Counted from the first letter of the stretch, positions 1-12,025 are shown. The stretch: DNA of 64,000 nucleotides from Eledone cirrhosa (GCA_964016885.1 OZ024743.1:150040001-150104000); one strand, 5' to 3'. Made by a program: numbers and translations. Notes: a model not told the origin generated them from the sequence alone.

Positions 1-2589
1 CACGTTGAAAACAACAGTACATTTCATAATAGAGAAAGGCAGTATAAACAACTATATTTAACGATAATCATAAAGAAACAGAGGAAGAATATTGAGCAAT
101 GGGATTAAACTGTAGTTATGTGGGGCGGGGTGGGAGGGCAAAAAGCGCAAACATATAATATGAAAATAATGACAAAATTATTTTTTACCAATATATTTTA
201 GACTAAGACAACATGGACTGTGAAAGCAAAAAGCTTATAAGATAATTGTCTTAAATTTAGAAATATATTTGTAAACAAAACTGGTTTGCCTTCTCTTATT
301 GAATTCAATAAACATCTTATAATCTTCTTTTTCTGTATTAATTATTAATGAGACACTAAATTTTTCTGTTGACATATTTTGTTTTATCATTAAAATCAAG
401 TCCATTTTTCAGGTACTTACATGTTGTGCATGTATGTATATCTATTTTGTTTGAAGTTGACTTCATGACAATAGAGTGACTGTAAGATTATGATGCAAGA
501 TGACTGACCACATTATTGTGAATTATTTAATTTTGATTGTAGTTAATATGTTCTACCCAAGAGCATTATTATATTTATCTTGAGACGAAAAATTGAGGCC
601 ATTCCCATTCAAAGTTGAACAGTTAAAAATAGGGAGAAAATCCAGCTGGAAAATTACAATCACTCTATAAAAAGAAACAAATATAAAAGTACCTATATTT
701 GCAGAAACCATTCAGCCAACAATAGTATGGAAAAACAATTTAAGTCAGATATAAAAATACGATTCATTTAAAGTAGTTCAAGAAAACAGAACATTGTCTT
801 TCCAATTTGTAATCTTAAATGAAAGCATTAAATTGTTACAAAGTCCAAAACAATTAAAATAACTAATATAAAAAAGAGTTGTCATCACAGTTATTTATTC
901 TGTTTTAGTCTATGGCCCATGATCATACAACAAAACTTCACACTGCATTGAAATGGCATGAATGTCTTAAAATTATCAGATGATTGAGAATGATACTTAT
1001 TTTGGAATGTTGTAGCACAAAGCTTTGGTGATTGTATATGTGTTAGCAAACTGGGCTGGATGTTTAGTCTTAGTGTTTTTATTTTCTAGCTAATATTTAG
1101 TTAGGTTCAGTTTTCGTTTTCATCATTCTATGCTTGTAAAATAAGTACCAGTAATATACTGAATTCAGATTGAATTGTAATTTATTTAAACAAAAATATA
1201 TCATCGTTATTATCTTTTTTGTTTATCCTAGTAGTTACTAGAATAGATTTTTAATTCATAAAACAGCTGACAATTAGAATAATTCTCAAGGACTTTACAT
1301 TAGAAGTGTAGAAATTACAGAACTTAGCAGAAGATATCTATAAGTATATTACAACATTTATGTTATCATCATCATTGTCATTTTAATGTCTGATTTTTGT
1401 GGGGAGTTTTCACTAGAGGCACTATTTTGTTTTTTGTGCCAGACATATGAAACGAAATCTGTATCTTGCTGGTATTTTTCACCATCCTCATTATTTTCTC
1501 AATGTTCATTGAATAATGATGTCATGTCAGCCAAATGTCACTTCTGATAAAGGGTTGAAGAATGCCAATAGTGATTAAGTTTTCTGCTTCTCTATTTGTG
1601 AGCATTTTGGACTATGCTAAGGTATTAGATTGTCATCATTGATATTCTATCATTTTCAAGATCTTTTCCATTTCTACATTACCTCATTGGTACATACATC
1701 CGAGGTAAGGCAGAAAATAATGTCTAGCATGTGCAAAAAAAACAAAAAAAAACGAAGAAAACGTAGGTGCACGTACTTTAGTTCACTTGACTCTTCAACA
1801 TCTGACATTTACTGATGCAAATATTATTCTGAAGACTAGATATTTTTGTATCCATACACATTTTTTTAATATACTAACACCATATATATATTTACATATA
1901 TTGTATGTATGAGTATATATATATATATGTGTGTGTGTGCATGTGTGCACATGTGTGTGTGTGTATGTGTGTGGAGAGGGAGAGAGAGAGAAAGATAAAA
2001 CGAGGATTGAATTGGCCTCTTCTACCATCATTAACCTGAATGTCATGTTGAAAGTCATATAACCCACCACGACTTCCTGTCCAGAACCATTCTCCACAGT
2101 TTAGTTAAAGGAAAGTGAATGAGAAGCTGACAAAAAATCCACCAAGGATTGGATAGGTCACCAAAGAATCAATGCGTTTTTAAACTAACACATGTTTCAG
2201 ATAGAACTTCCTCCCAAGGTCGTATAGTTACATAATTATAAATTTAAAAATTAGAAGAAAAAAATTATAAAAAAATTTTTTTTAGAAAATTTATTTATGG
2301 TCTAAGACAATCAGGAATTGGTTCAAGATTGGCATCATCAGAGTTTATTTACACATATTATTAACTCATATATATCAATAACGATAATGACAACAACAAC
2401 TATAGACAGTAAGAATTTCAAATAGAATGCAAAATCATGGGAAATCTTCGACTAAGATAGGTTTACCTCACTGGAAGAATTATATGCATCCCTACAAGTC
2501 TTTATCAGATATGCTTTAGCAAGATTAAAAATAAGACAGTATGTTCAATAGTCAATTTAAATTATAGTTAGTTTATGGTGCCTGCACTG

Positions 2590-3020
2590 GTATTGTGTGT
2601 TTTTCTCTCACGAAACCATTACACATCTAATGGAACATCTTCTCTGTCCACTTATTCCTGAGAGTGTTGTAGGGGTAGAGTCCACAAATACTCCTCCCAG
2701 CAGGTCCTGTCAGAAGCAACCATCTCCAACTGATCCAGCTGGATCACCAAGTGTGACCAGCCATGCTCAGGGATGTTATCCAACCATCTTCCTTTGGATC
2801 TACCTTCGGCTCTCTTGCCGGTTGGTTTTGGCTGCAAAATCTGTCCAGCAATTCTTCTCTGATTTCAGAGATCATAGCTCTGATACTATGGGCATGTGGT
2901 TAGAACGTCCAATGGAGCATACTAGCTTAATTTCTAGCCTTCATGCATCCTCTACATTCAATGCCCATGTCTACATACCATGCAATGTTGCACTTCATAT
3001 GTAAACAACATACAATGTAC
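2590..3020 (-). mobile_element. Decayed RTE-clade LINE fragment (C-terminal end of ORF2)
   Basis: Minus-strand ORF 2652-2837 'QPKPTGKRAEGRSKGRWLDNI' matches the RTE C-terminal G.R..GRP..RW.D motif; adjacent revcomp reads as the ..GH..RM motif (2890-2920). Confidence 0.65.
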
Positions 3021-3034
3021 CCTTCAAATAGGTA

Positions 3035-3330
3035 GAATAGTTAAGAAGTTGCTTTGCAGTTATTAGTTTCTGGGTTCAGTCCCACTGTATGACAACTAAG
3101 GCAAAAGTCATTCACCCATAGTCAACCCATGACTCCTGATTGAAATTGAATAAATCAAAATAGTTTGAAAACCTGTTGGATGGATTATAGCAGTAATTCA
3201 AAGAGCCAGCATGCCATAAACTGTGTCAATGATGAATCTCTCTGAGAATAATGTTAAGTGTACACTTAACTGTGGAATACCTAGCCACTTACATGTTAAC
3301 AAGCAGGCATTTCATTGATCAAACAATGGG
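3035..3330 (+). mobile_element. Old tRNA-derived SINE (family D)
   Basis: AGTTAAGAAGTT...GGGTTCAGTCCCACTG head (B-box-like); homologous to 11880-12025(-), 16600-16755(-), 21935-22030(+), 31455-31735(+). Confidence 0.6.
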
Positions 3331-3342
3331 AACACACACACA

Positions 3343-3500
3343 TTATATATATATGTATGTGTGTATGTATATTATATATATGTATGTGTGTATGTATATT
3401 ATATATATGTATGTGTGTATGTATATTATATATATATGTATGTGTGTATGTATATTATATATATGTATCTGTGTATGTATATTATATATATGTATAGTAT
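3343..3500. repeat. 27-bp minisatellite derived from TA/TG microsatellite
   Basis: Unit TGTATGTGTGTATGTATATTATATATA repeated ~5 times. Confidence 0.9.
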
Positions 3501-3645
3501 ATATATATGTGTGGAAATTGTATTTAATTTCTTGGAATTCTGACAAACATAAATGTTTATAACTGATTTAGAGCACTCAACAAGTTACTGGAGTAAATAT
3601 TCCATGATATTAAATAAATGGAAACTATATTTATAAAACCATATT

Positions 3646-3706
3646 TATTTTATTATATATATTTCAAGGGCAACCAAGCAAACCTTGGTGCGCTTTCATC
3701 AGATAA
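3646..3706 (-). ncRNA. Mirror copy of the hammerhead on the left arm (stem I only 4 bp)
   Basis: Exact reverse complement of 3802-3862. Confidence 0.7.
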
Positions 3707-3797
3707 CTTATCGGTCGTAAATTCACTGGACAGTGAATTCCCGACCGATAAGGTATGGTTTTTCATGGGTACGTCTTTATTTATAAAACAAACTTTG

Positions 3798-3862
3798 TAT
3801 TTTATCTGATGAAAGCGCACCAAGGTTTGCTTGGTTGCCCTTGAAATATATATAATAAAATA
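3798..3862 (+). ncRNA. Type I hammerhead ribozyme
   Basis: Stem I TATTTTAT(3798-3805)/ATAAAATA(3855-3862); CTGATGA 3806-3812; stem II AAGcGCACCAAG-gtttg-CTTGGtTGCcCTT; GAAA 3843-3846; palindromic stem III ATATATAT; predicted cleavage after AUA at 3854. Confidence 0.8.
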
Positions 3863-3905
3863 AATATGGTTTTATAAATATAGTTTCCATTTATTTAATA
3901 TCATG

Positions 3906-3938
<33 letters not shown>

Positions 3939-3941
3939 GGA

Positions 3942-4249
3942 GGAGGCACATGGCTTAGTGGTTAGAGCATTGGCCTTGCAATCGAAAAGTTGTGAGTTCA
4001 ATTCTCAGACCGGGTGATATGTTGTTTCCTTGAGCAAGACACTTTATTTCATATTGCCCCAGTTTACTCAGTTGTAGAAATGCAAAGTGGTCGTGGAGGT
4101 GCCACGGCAAAAAAAGCACCCAGCACTCACTGTAAATGAGGTTGGTGTTAGGAAGGGCATCCAGCTGTAGAAATCAAGCTAGGATCAGTTCCCGTCCCAC
4201 CCTTGCAAGCAGGGAAAAGCGGATGTAAAATGATGATGATGATGATGAT
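3942..4249 (+). mobile_element. tRNA-derived SINE family A with RTE-derived tail (internal deletion of ~38 bp)
   Basis: A box TGGCTTAGTGG, B box GTTCAATTC, CCTTGAGCAAGACACTT core, 3' end CCCACCCTTGCAAGCAGGGAAAAGCGGATGTAAAA(TGA)n. Confidence 0.9.
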
Positions 4250-4260
4250 ATATATATATT

Positions 4261-4301
<41 letters not shown>

Positions 4302-4304
<3 letters not shown>

Positions 4305-4830
4305 TCATCATCATCATCATCATCATCACCGTTTTATGTCCGTTCTTCCATGCTAGCATGGGTTAGACGGGTTGTCCTGTTGTGGGCAGTGTCTGGTCGG
4401 CTGACCATGCCTTGCTCATACAGGAACTGTATGATTTCTACAGCTGGATGCCCTTCCTAACACCAACCTCATTTACAGTGAGTGCTGGGTGCTTTTTCGT
4501 GGCGCCTACACGTCCACTTTACAGTGTGGGTTGGGTGCTTTTTTGCCGTGGCACCTCCACGACGACCTTGCGGTGTGGGGTGTCGGGGCATATTGTCTCA
4601 GCTTCAGCTTGTACCCATGGGAGGTCGGGTACTCTGTATTACTGCGTGACGCCAGAAGTCACGGTCGTGTGTCATTGCCTTTGAGAGGTGTAATTGGGTA
4701 AGGTCGGCTTTTATCACCTCATCCCAGGTCATCTTGGGTCTCCCCACTCCGCGGTTTCCATCAACTTCTAGTGCTCTGCACCTTTTTTTTGCAGCTGTCA
4801 TCCTTCATACGCATCACATGTCCATACCAG
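4302..4830 (-). mobile_element. RTE 3' ORF fragment fused to a non-autonomous RTE-derived module with (ATG)n tail
   Basis: ORF 4604-4801 'KRCRALEVDGNRGVGRPKMTWDEVIKADL...DRDFWRHAV' is an RTE C-terminus; 4302-4600 carries the GGTTGGTGTTAGGAAGGGCATCCAGCTG module and an AACCCATGCTAGCATGGAA tail. Confidence 0.8.
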
Positions 4831-5064
4831 GTATTAGGATTGGTACTCTGAAATAGCGCTGTATACACGAATGTATGTATGGTATATTTGGCAATATACC
4901 GTATGTTTAATTAAAAACATTTAGAAGACCATACATTATCAGTTTTAAAGTAGTGACTATGTCACTTACTTCTTTTTGGCGCAAGAAGGGACGCCACGCA
5001 CTCCCCTGCTTCTGCCTAAAATTATAGAAGCTGGATTCTTATATATATATATATATATATATAT

Positions 5065-5455
5065 CCAGGCCGAAACAAATGAGATCGTGTAGGTGTCACG
5101 ACAAAAAAACACACAGTCCACGCTGTAATGTGGCCGTGTAGGCAACACGGTAAAAACCTCCCAGACCCACACTGTAAATGTGGTTGGTGTTAGGAAGGGC
5201 ATCCAACTGTAGAAAACCTGCCAGACAGTCCACGCTGTAATGTGGCCGTGTAGGCAACACGGTAAAAACCTCCCAGACCCACACTGTAAATGTGGTTGGT
5301 GTTAGGAAGGGCATCCAACTGTAGAAAACCTGCCAGACAGTCCTATGCGAGCAAGAAAATCACTCTTGCCTCAAGTGGGACTACCCTCGTCCAAACCCAT
5401 GCAAGCGTGGAACACGGACGTTAAACGTTGATGATGATGATGATGATGATAATGA
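5065..5455 (+). mobile_element. Non-autonomous RTE-derived element with a perfect 112-bp internal tandem duplication
   Basis: ~5113-5224 repeated at ~5225-5336; ends AACCCATGCAAGCGTGGAACACGGACGTTAAACG(TGA)n. Confidence 0.85.
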
Positions 5456-5512
5456 TATATATATATATATGTATGTATATTATATATATGTATGTATGTA
5501 TATGTATGTATA

Positions 5513-5625
5513 TGATGATTTTCTTCGAATGAAACGGTTCTAGTCCTGCAGAAGCCATTTCTATATTAAAAATTTATACTCTGCTATGTAATACTGTGGT
5601 TACCCCCAATTGAACCCAGGGTACA
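5513..5625 (+). ncRNA. 5'-truncated, mutated hammerhead of a second family plus downstream tail
   Basis: TGATGA-ttttcttcgaat-GAAACGG ttctagtc CTGCA GAAGCC; homologous to 40733-40783. Confidence 0.5.
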
Positions 5626-5631
5626 CACATG

Positions 5632-5668
<37 letters not shown>

Positions 5669-5785
5669 TATATATGTATGTATATTATATGTATATATAA
5701 ATATATATATATACACATCCGTATATATATATATGTATACATTATATATATATATATTATAAGTATGTATATTATATACGTATAT

Positions 5786-5818
<33 letters not shown>

Positions 5819-6849
5819 TTATTACATATATATATCACCATTTAACAATATATGTGGGTGTGTGTGTGTACACAAAATTAGCTAAATGTTACCTATTGAT
5901 ATTTCTCCTCATATAATTAAGCATTTTTAATAAAGCTTTAAAGTCTTCAAAGTACCTCCGTTCTATTCATTGCAGTTAAGACTATCAATTTTTGTATTTT
6001 TTTTCACTGTCAGCTAGTTTTCCATCTCAGCTCTCCCTCTCATGGCCCCTATCTTTTTATCCCAGCTATATAATCTAACTATCTTGTGATCTCCCGACTT
6101 TCTCCATGTAATCGTAATATTCCGTGATTTTTCATTCCTTTTTTTTCTTTGAATTTAGTTATTATTGTTATTATTATTGTTGTTGTTATTATTATTATTA
6201 TTATCATTATTATTATTATATTTTTTGTGCTTTTTTTTTTTTCCTCTGTGTAATTTAAGTATCTTTTGATCTCCTTCATTCTTTCAGTGTAATCTAAATA
6301 CCTTGTGATCTTTATATTTCCTCTGTATAATCTATTTTGCATATCCCATTCGCATTATTTGGCTTTTGAAGAATAGGATCTTTTCTTTCAGAACAAAATA
6401 AGGTTCTGCAGAGGTTATTGGTTTTCCTATATAGCTGCCCTTCATTGAAGTTTTTGTTTTAGAAATAAAATTATAAATTTTTACCAAATTTCTTCTTTTT
6501 TTTTTACATTTTTTTGTTGTTGTTAGTAGCTTTATATCTAGTTTTATTATTTCATTTTGTTAGTTTTTATATATAGATATTTCTTTATTTTACTTAATTT
6601 CTTTTTATGAAAATTAGTTTTCGTAAAGGAAATTATATTATTGTTTTGATAGGAGGAAATCTTAATAATGATAATGGCAATGCTGGTGATATTGTTGTTG
6701 TTATTGTTGTTAATGATGAAAATTTCGATGATTATGATAATCATAATAGTGATAAGGAAATATTCTGCTATTATGAAATAATTATCATTGTTGTGATAAT
6801 AGGAAAATATTTGTCTGTTATATGGATATATATATATGCATCCAGATCC

Positions 6850-6881
6850 ATCTATATGCATATATATACATACACACGCAC

Positions 6882-6951
<70 letters not shown>

Positions 6952-7034
6952 TATATATATGTATATATATGCATAAACACACACGCATATACATACATTC
7001 AAATATGTACATACATATATATACATAAACACAC

Positions 7035-7103
<69 letters not shown>

Positions 7104-7120
7104 CATAGAGAGAGAGAGAG
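6850..7120. repeat. (TA)n/(CA)n/(GA)n compound microsatellite
   Basis: Directly visible. Confidence 0.95.
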
Positions 7121-7879
7121 AAAGTTTTCTTGTTTCTTTTTCTTATGTTTCAGTGGTATGGGTTAGAGTGTTTAGTTCATAGTGGAATACAATGATATTT
7201 ATGGAATACCCAGGGACCAGACAGCCTATTCCCCATTTCTGATTCTAAACTATTTTCTGTATGGGTTGGATGGGATGTGTGTCAGCAGCATACACTTGTA
7301 TTTTATTGTCCTTGAGTAAATGATGCATCATTGAATGTTCGGCTTGTAGTCTCTATGGTAACCACCTTAATGCATTGCAAACATGCTATTTTTTTACTGC
7401 ATCAAAATCATCTTCAGCATCTGTTTATATCCTTATATCATCAAAGTGTTATCATCATTATCAGTATAACTAGCATCTAAGCATAATATTTTTTATTACT
7501 CAATCCCTTGATGCTGGTATATGTTAGAAGGGTAGTGTGGGAAAATGAGATAAACAGAGGTATAGAAAGTGGTTTCATGTTATTCCCATTAATGAAATAA
7601 ATACACTATTTTAATGACATCATTGTTGTGTTTTCCCAACACAGGTTTTCTTTCGTTAAATCCTTTGTTTTAAGCCCTGTCACTAATCAGAGGCCTAGAT
7701 CCTTTGGCATACCATATGTTGACCAGGTTTTGTTATGTCTATTGTCAATGTAAAATGGCTATGTAAATATAGTTAATATTAAAAAGCAAAATTATGTTAT
7801 CCAGGCATATAACAATATGGTATGATAATGTCTAGAGGAAAAAATCTCTGAGTTCTTCCTAAAACATAGGATAAAATGT

Positions 7880-8050
7880 TATTTGTTCTGGCGTTTTACA
7901 TTCTGAGTTCAAATCCCACTGGTGTCAGATTTGTTTTTCATCCTTTCGAGGTTGATAAAATGTAGCACTGGAATAAATGTAATCAATTTAATCCAACCCC
8001 ACCAAAAAAATGCTAGCCTTGTGTTTAATTCGAAATCCATTGTCATTGTT
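7880..8050 (+). mobile_element. SINE family B, degraded
   Basis: CTGAGTTCAAATCCC...TTTCATCCTTTCGAGGTTGATAAAAT. Confidence 0.7.
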
Positions 8051-8525
8051 GTTATTTTGGGATTTTACTGTGAATAACCTTTTCTGTGTCTATTTGTTTG
8101 AGTTAATTCAAAGAAAGATGTGAATTTATTTTTTTATTAAGAGCCCTGAAATATCATGTTGAAATATACTGGATAAAACATTACTTTTTTATTTTTCACC
8201 CTTTGCCCTTTATAAATATTTACCTCACTCTACAGGCTTTTTGAACCTTATTGGTCTTTTGTTGCATATCTCACAATACTTTGTAGTAACTATACTAATT
8301 TATTCTTAGTTTTTTATATTATTTTTCTCACCTAAACGTGGTGAAAAGGAATTAATATAAATTATACATATGTATACCTATAATTCGGAATTCCAACTTT
8401 GTCATATTGTGACTCACAAATTCTACATTAAGGTTACATGTATCTATGAATTACTCAATCTCTCGCTCTCATTACCAGGACAATGTTGTTTTTTTTTTAT
8501 CTCTATGCTATGTCTCATCCTTTTA

Positions 8526-8576
<51 letters not shown>

Positions 8577-8579
<3 letters not shown>

Positions 8580-8907
8580 TTCCATTCATCATTCCATTTT
8601 ACTGCTTGCAAGGGTGGGACGGGAACTGATTCTGGGCTGATTTCTACAGCTGGATGCCCTTCCTAACACCAACCTCATTTACAGTGAGTGCTGAGTGTTT
8701 TTTTGTTGTGGCACCTACACGACCACTTTGCAGTGGAATGATGTGGACCCCAGTCCCTATCATCTCATTTCTACAGCTGAGTAAACTGGAGCAATGTGAA
8801 AATAAAGTGTCTTGCTTAAGGACACAACACATCACCCGGTCTGAGAATTGAACTCACAACCTTTCGATTGCAAGGTCAATGCTCTAACCACAAAGCCATG
8901 TGCCTCC
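8577..8907 (-). mobile_element. SINE family A
   Basis: Reverse complement is near-identical to 10687-11034. Confidence 0.9.
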
Positions 8908-9648
8908 ATGTATATATATATATACACACACACCCACAAACATCATTAGTGTAAATCTTTCGATAAAAAGAAACTGATGCTATATTGTAGTGTGCATATT
9001 ATTACACATGATAAAATAGAGAGAATACGATAACTACTGATGCAGTGATGTCACAAATTCTGGTACATATTACTCCTCTTTCTCTTCTTCCTTCTTCTCC
9101 TTCCTCTTCTTTCTCCTCGTTTATATCTGGTTCTAACTTTCAGAACTTTCCACTCTATTACCGACAAAAAATAAAAATATATACAAATAAAAATGCTATA
9201 TTATATTACATATACTCATATATGTTTACTCATATTCACAATGTAAAAGCTTAAAAACTAAAGTTCCCAACTTATCTTTGGAATAGAATCTGTGTCCTTG
9301 CATTACTGCAAAAGAAGAGAAATAGGCTCACAGGTTTGGACAGTACTTTGATGAGAAATAGAAACATTGATGCTGTGATGTAGGAAAGCTGATCAATAAC
9401 ATCAACTCTTAAACAGACTGTGTTGGAATGTTTGCTACAAAGAACTCAGTCATTAATCTTTGTGCAATTATATTTCTAATTATTTGACAGTCTGTGTTTC
9501 AATTTTAGTTACAATATAATCAAGATGTTGGAGGGATTTAGTGAAATATTGGTGTTAAGTAACCAAACTATACTGATATCCTTCGTGTTATAATGAGATT
9601 TTAAGCAAGATTTTAATTTAAATATGAATGCTTTAGCATGAGCATTAA

Positions 9649-9847
9649 CCCTTTAGCATTCACATTACTCTATATATACTATTATATTTTCATGGTAAAG
9701 GCTTTATCTCGCATAATTATCTCACATAATATCGAATCTCTGAGATTTTGAAAGTATTTATTTTGAGAACAATACCTTAACATCAGTTTGAGCGACCAGT
9801 TACAGCCAGTTTTCTGGCTGGTTTTGGCCGGTTTGAACATTAAAGGG
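9649..9847. mobile_element. piggyBac-type MITE
   Basis: TTAA TSDs at 9645-9648 and 9848-9851; termini CCCTTTA...TAAAGGG. Confidence 0.75.
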
Positions 9848-10199
9848 TTAAGGGTTAACTTGAATGTATATTAGACAGCATAAACAAACAGTTGTATTTT
9901 GGGTATGATATGAAATAAATTAATATTTCAGGTGGTGTGCCAGGAAAAGAAGTACCCTGGCTAGAACATTAATCTCTACATCTTATAGCATAACACATAC
10001 TTTTTGTTTACATTTCCCATTTAATTAATATCACTGCAGACTATACCTATCATAATAAATCTAATGATTATCTTTATTTGTCACTGAAAGAATATATTCT
10101 GCTGTTGTTCTCCCCCTTACTTCTATATGCCTGTAAAACATGAGCAATATATAGCAGATATATGAGACAACTGAAGCATTTCAACATGACTCTCTCTGT

Positions 10200-10520
10200 A
10201 GAATGATAAAAATCAGCTGGCAAGACAGGTTCTGTATAATATAGTCTGTGACAGAGCGATCATTGAAAGTATCTTTCTCTTATTTGGAATTGAAACCAGA
10301 TGGGTGAGTCATGTTGTTCACATGTTATGATAGGTGCATGTGAAAGTGACTTATGGGCATAAAACTATACAGAGGAAAGTCAAATATTGGGGAGAGAAAA
10401 ACATTACAAAGACCTGTGTAATAAACTTTTCAAAAGCCTTGATTTGCTATCTCATCACAGGAACCACATTCAGAAAAATGTACTATGTGTTCCTTTAAAC
10501 TTGTGACATGAGTTATATAA
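10200..10520 (+). mobile_element. Highly decayed RTE 3' ORF fragment
   Basis: Residual W..HV..M and G..K.YKD-like motifs (AGATGGGTGAGTCATGTT; AAACATTACAAAGAC). Confidence 0.4.
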
Positions 10521-10686
10521 GTTGCTGAGAATCAAAGAACTAGGCTGCTCACAAGAAACTATCCATGAAAGCTTCAAACTTTGTCTTAGTTTGCTCTCTA
10601 TATAGTAAAAAGTTTCTCTTTAACAGTTTTTATGAGATCATGCCCGTCATTGCACAAAATAAATAACTATATACTGTGTATATAAT

Positions 10687-11034
10687 GGAGGCACATGGCT
10701 TAGTGGTTAGAGCATTGGCCTTGCAACCAAAAGGTTGTGAGTTCAATTCTCAGACCGGGTGATGTGTTGTTTCCTTGAGCAAGACACTTTATTTCACATT
10801 GCTCCAGTTTACTCAGCTGTAGAAATGAGATGATAGGGACTGGGGTCCATATCATTCCACTGCAAAGTTGTCGTGGAGGTGCCATGGCAAAAAAGCACAC
10901 AGTACTCACTGTAAATGAGGTTGGTGTTAGGAAGGGCATCCAGCTGTAGAAATCAAGCCAGAATCAGTTCCCGTCCCACCCTTGCAAGCAGGGAAAAGCG
11001 GACGTAAAATGATGATGATGATGATGATGATGAT
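10687..11034 (+). mobile_element. SINE family A, full length
   Basis: tRNA A/B boxes, RTE 5'UTR-like module, RTE 3' tail, (TGA)n. Confidence 0.92.
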
Positions 11035-11879
11035 GTGTACTCATTATTAGTAATTGTGTGTATATTTATATAAATGTTAATGCAAGAAAACCAACACAAG
11101 TTTGCACCCTGTTGTCTTCCTCAATACAGGAGTGTAAACAAAAGATATTCTGTACTGAAGCTATTGTATATTGCTAATGATTCAATGACAGCTAAATTTG
11201 AAAAAAGTGCTTATATTCCTGAATCATAATGCTATAACAATGCAATACCTTGACATTTTGGCATGGTCGGGCTTGACAAAAGTCATCCTGATTGTTGATT
11301 TACAGTGCCATGGAAATCAATATGGCATAGGCATATGACAGAAAGAGGATAATATGTGAATGACATAAGGATTGTATAAGATACAAGGATATTAGTGAAT
11401 AGTACTTCTAGTAGAAATGGGATTTTGCGAATTTGTAGCTAGATCCACTATATTCTACTTGAACTCAGAAAGGGCAGTGGTGATTCTTGAATTGGAGAGG
11501 GAAATAGTAAATGCTTCGTTATGGATATGGCAGAAGCATTTGAGAGACAAACTAATGCTGAGAGCAAAGAACAAATATTCAGAGTGGAGTAAATAAAATA
11601 GTTCTAAAGGACCCAATTTATAATGAACCAAAAAGGTTTGCTATAGTGTAAGACCAAATAAAACATTCACTTCTGTTAGCATCAATGCTGTTGACACTGC
11701 AGAAGTGGGTGGTACTGCTGGGGGGTTCCAAAATCATTGAAATCTCTATTCCACAGCTGATTAAGGGAATGTTCAGTAGTGCAAGCTCCATGAAGTTAAT
11801 ATCTTCCCTTAATGCAATTCTCAGGGAGACAGCATGACACTATGTGTCAAGGTTTACTCTTTGAAGTTAATAAGCTTCT

Positions 11880-12025
11880 AAGCAGTTTCTATCTATTCAG
11901 TTTCTCTCAAAAAGCCTGGGTCAGTTCAAGGCTATGGTGAAGACACTTGCCCAGGGGACAGGCAGTGGAATTGAACCCAGAGCCTCATGGTTGTGAAGCG
12001 AACCTATCAACCATTGAGCCATGAC
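11880..12025 (-). mobile_element. SINE family D
   Basis: GAAGACACTTGCCCAGGG...GGAATTGAACCC...AACCATTGAGCCATG is the reverse of a tRNA-like head. Confidence 0.7.

Larger units (their letters stand above)
3511..3906. mobile_element. Fold-back hammerhead-ribozyme element, copy 1 (Penelope-like pLTR/retrozyme-type, non-autonomous)
   Basis: Perfect 105-bp inverted arms 3602-3706 / 3802-3906; ~90-bp unpaired extension 3511-3601 homologous to 45295-45381; both ends abut TA/TG microsatellite. Confidence 0.8.

Noticed and set aside
3602-3906. Classical MITE/foldback DNA transposon interpretation of the two palindromes
   Set aside because: Homology between copies extends ~90 bp beyond the arm on one side only, arm lengths differ, and the conserved part is a covarying hammerhead
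10687-10760. tRNA genes at SINE heads
   Set aside because: A/B boxes are present but continue into SINE bodies in multiple copies; no clean acceptor stem
11380-11560. Possible Jockey/CR1 RT relic (MDMAEAFE resembling D..KAFD)
   Set aside because: Single weak motif, too decayed to support
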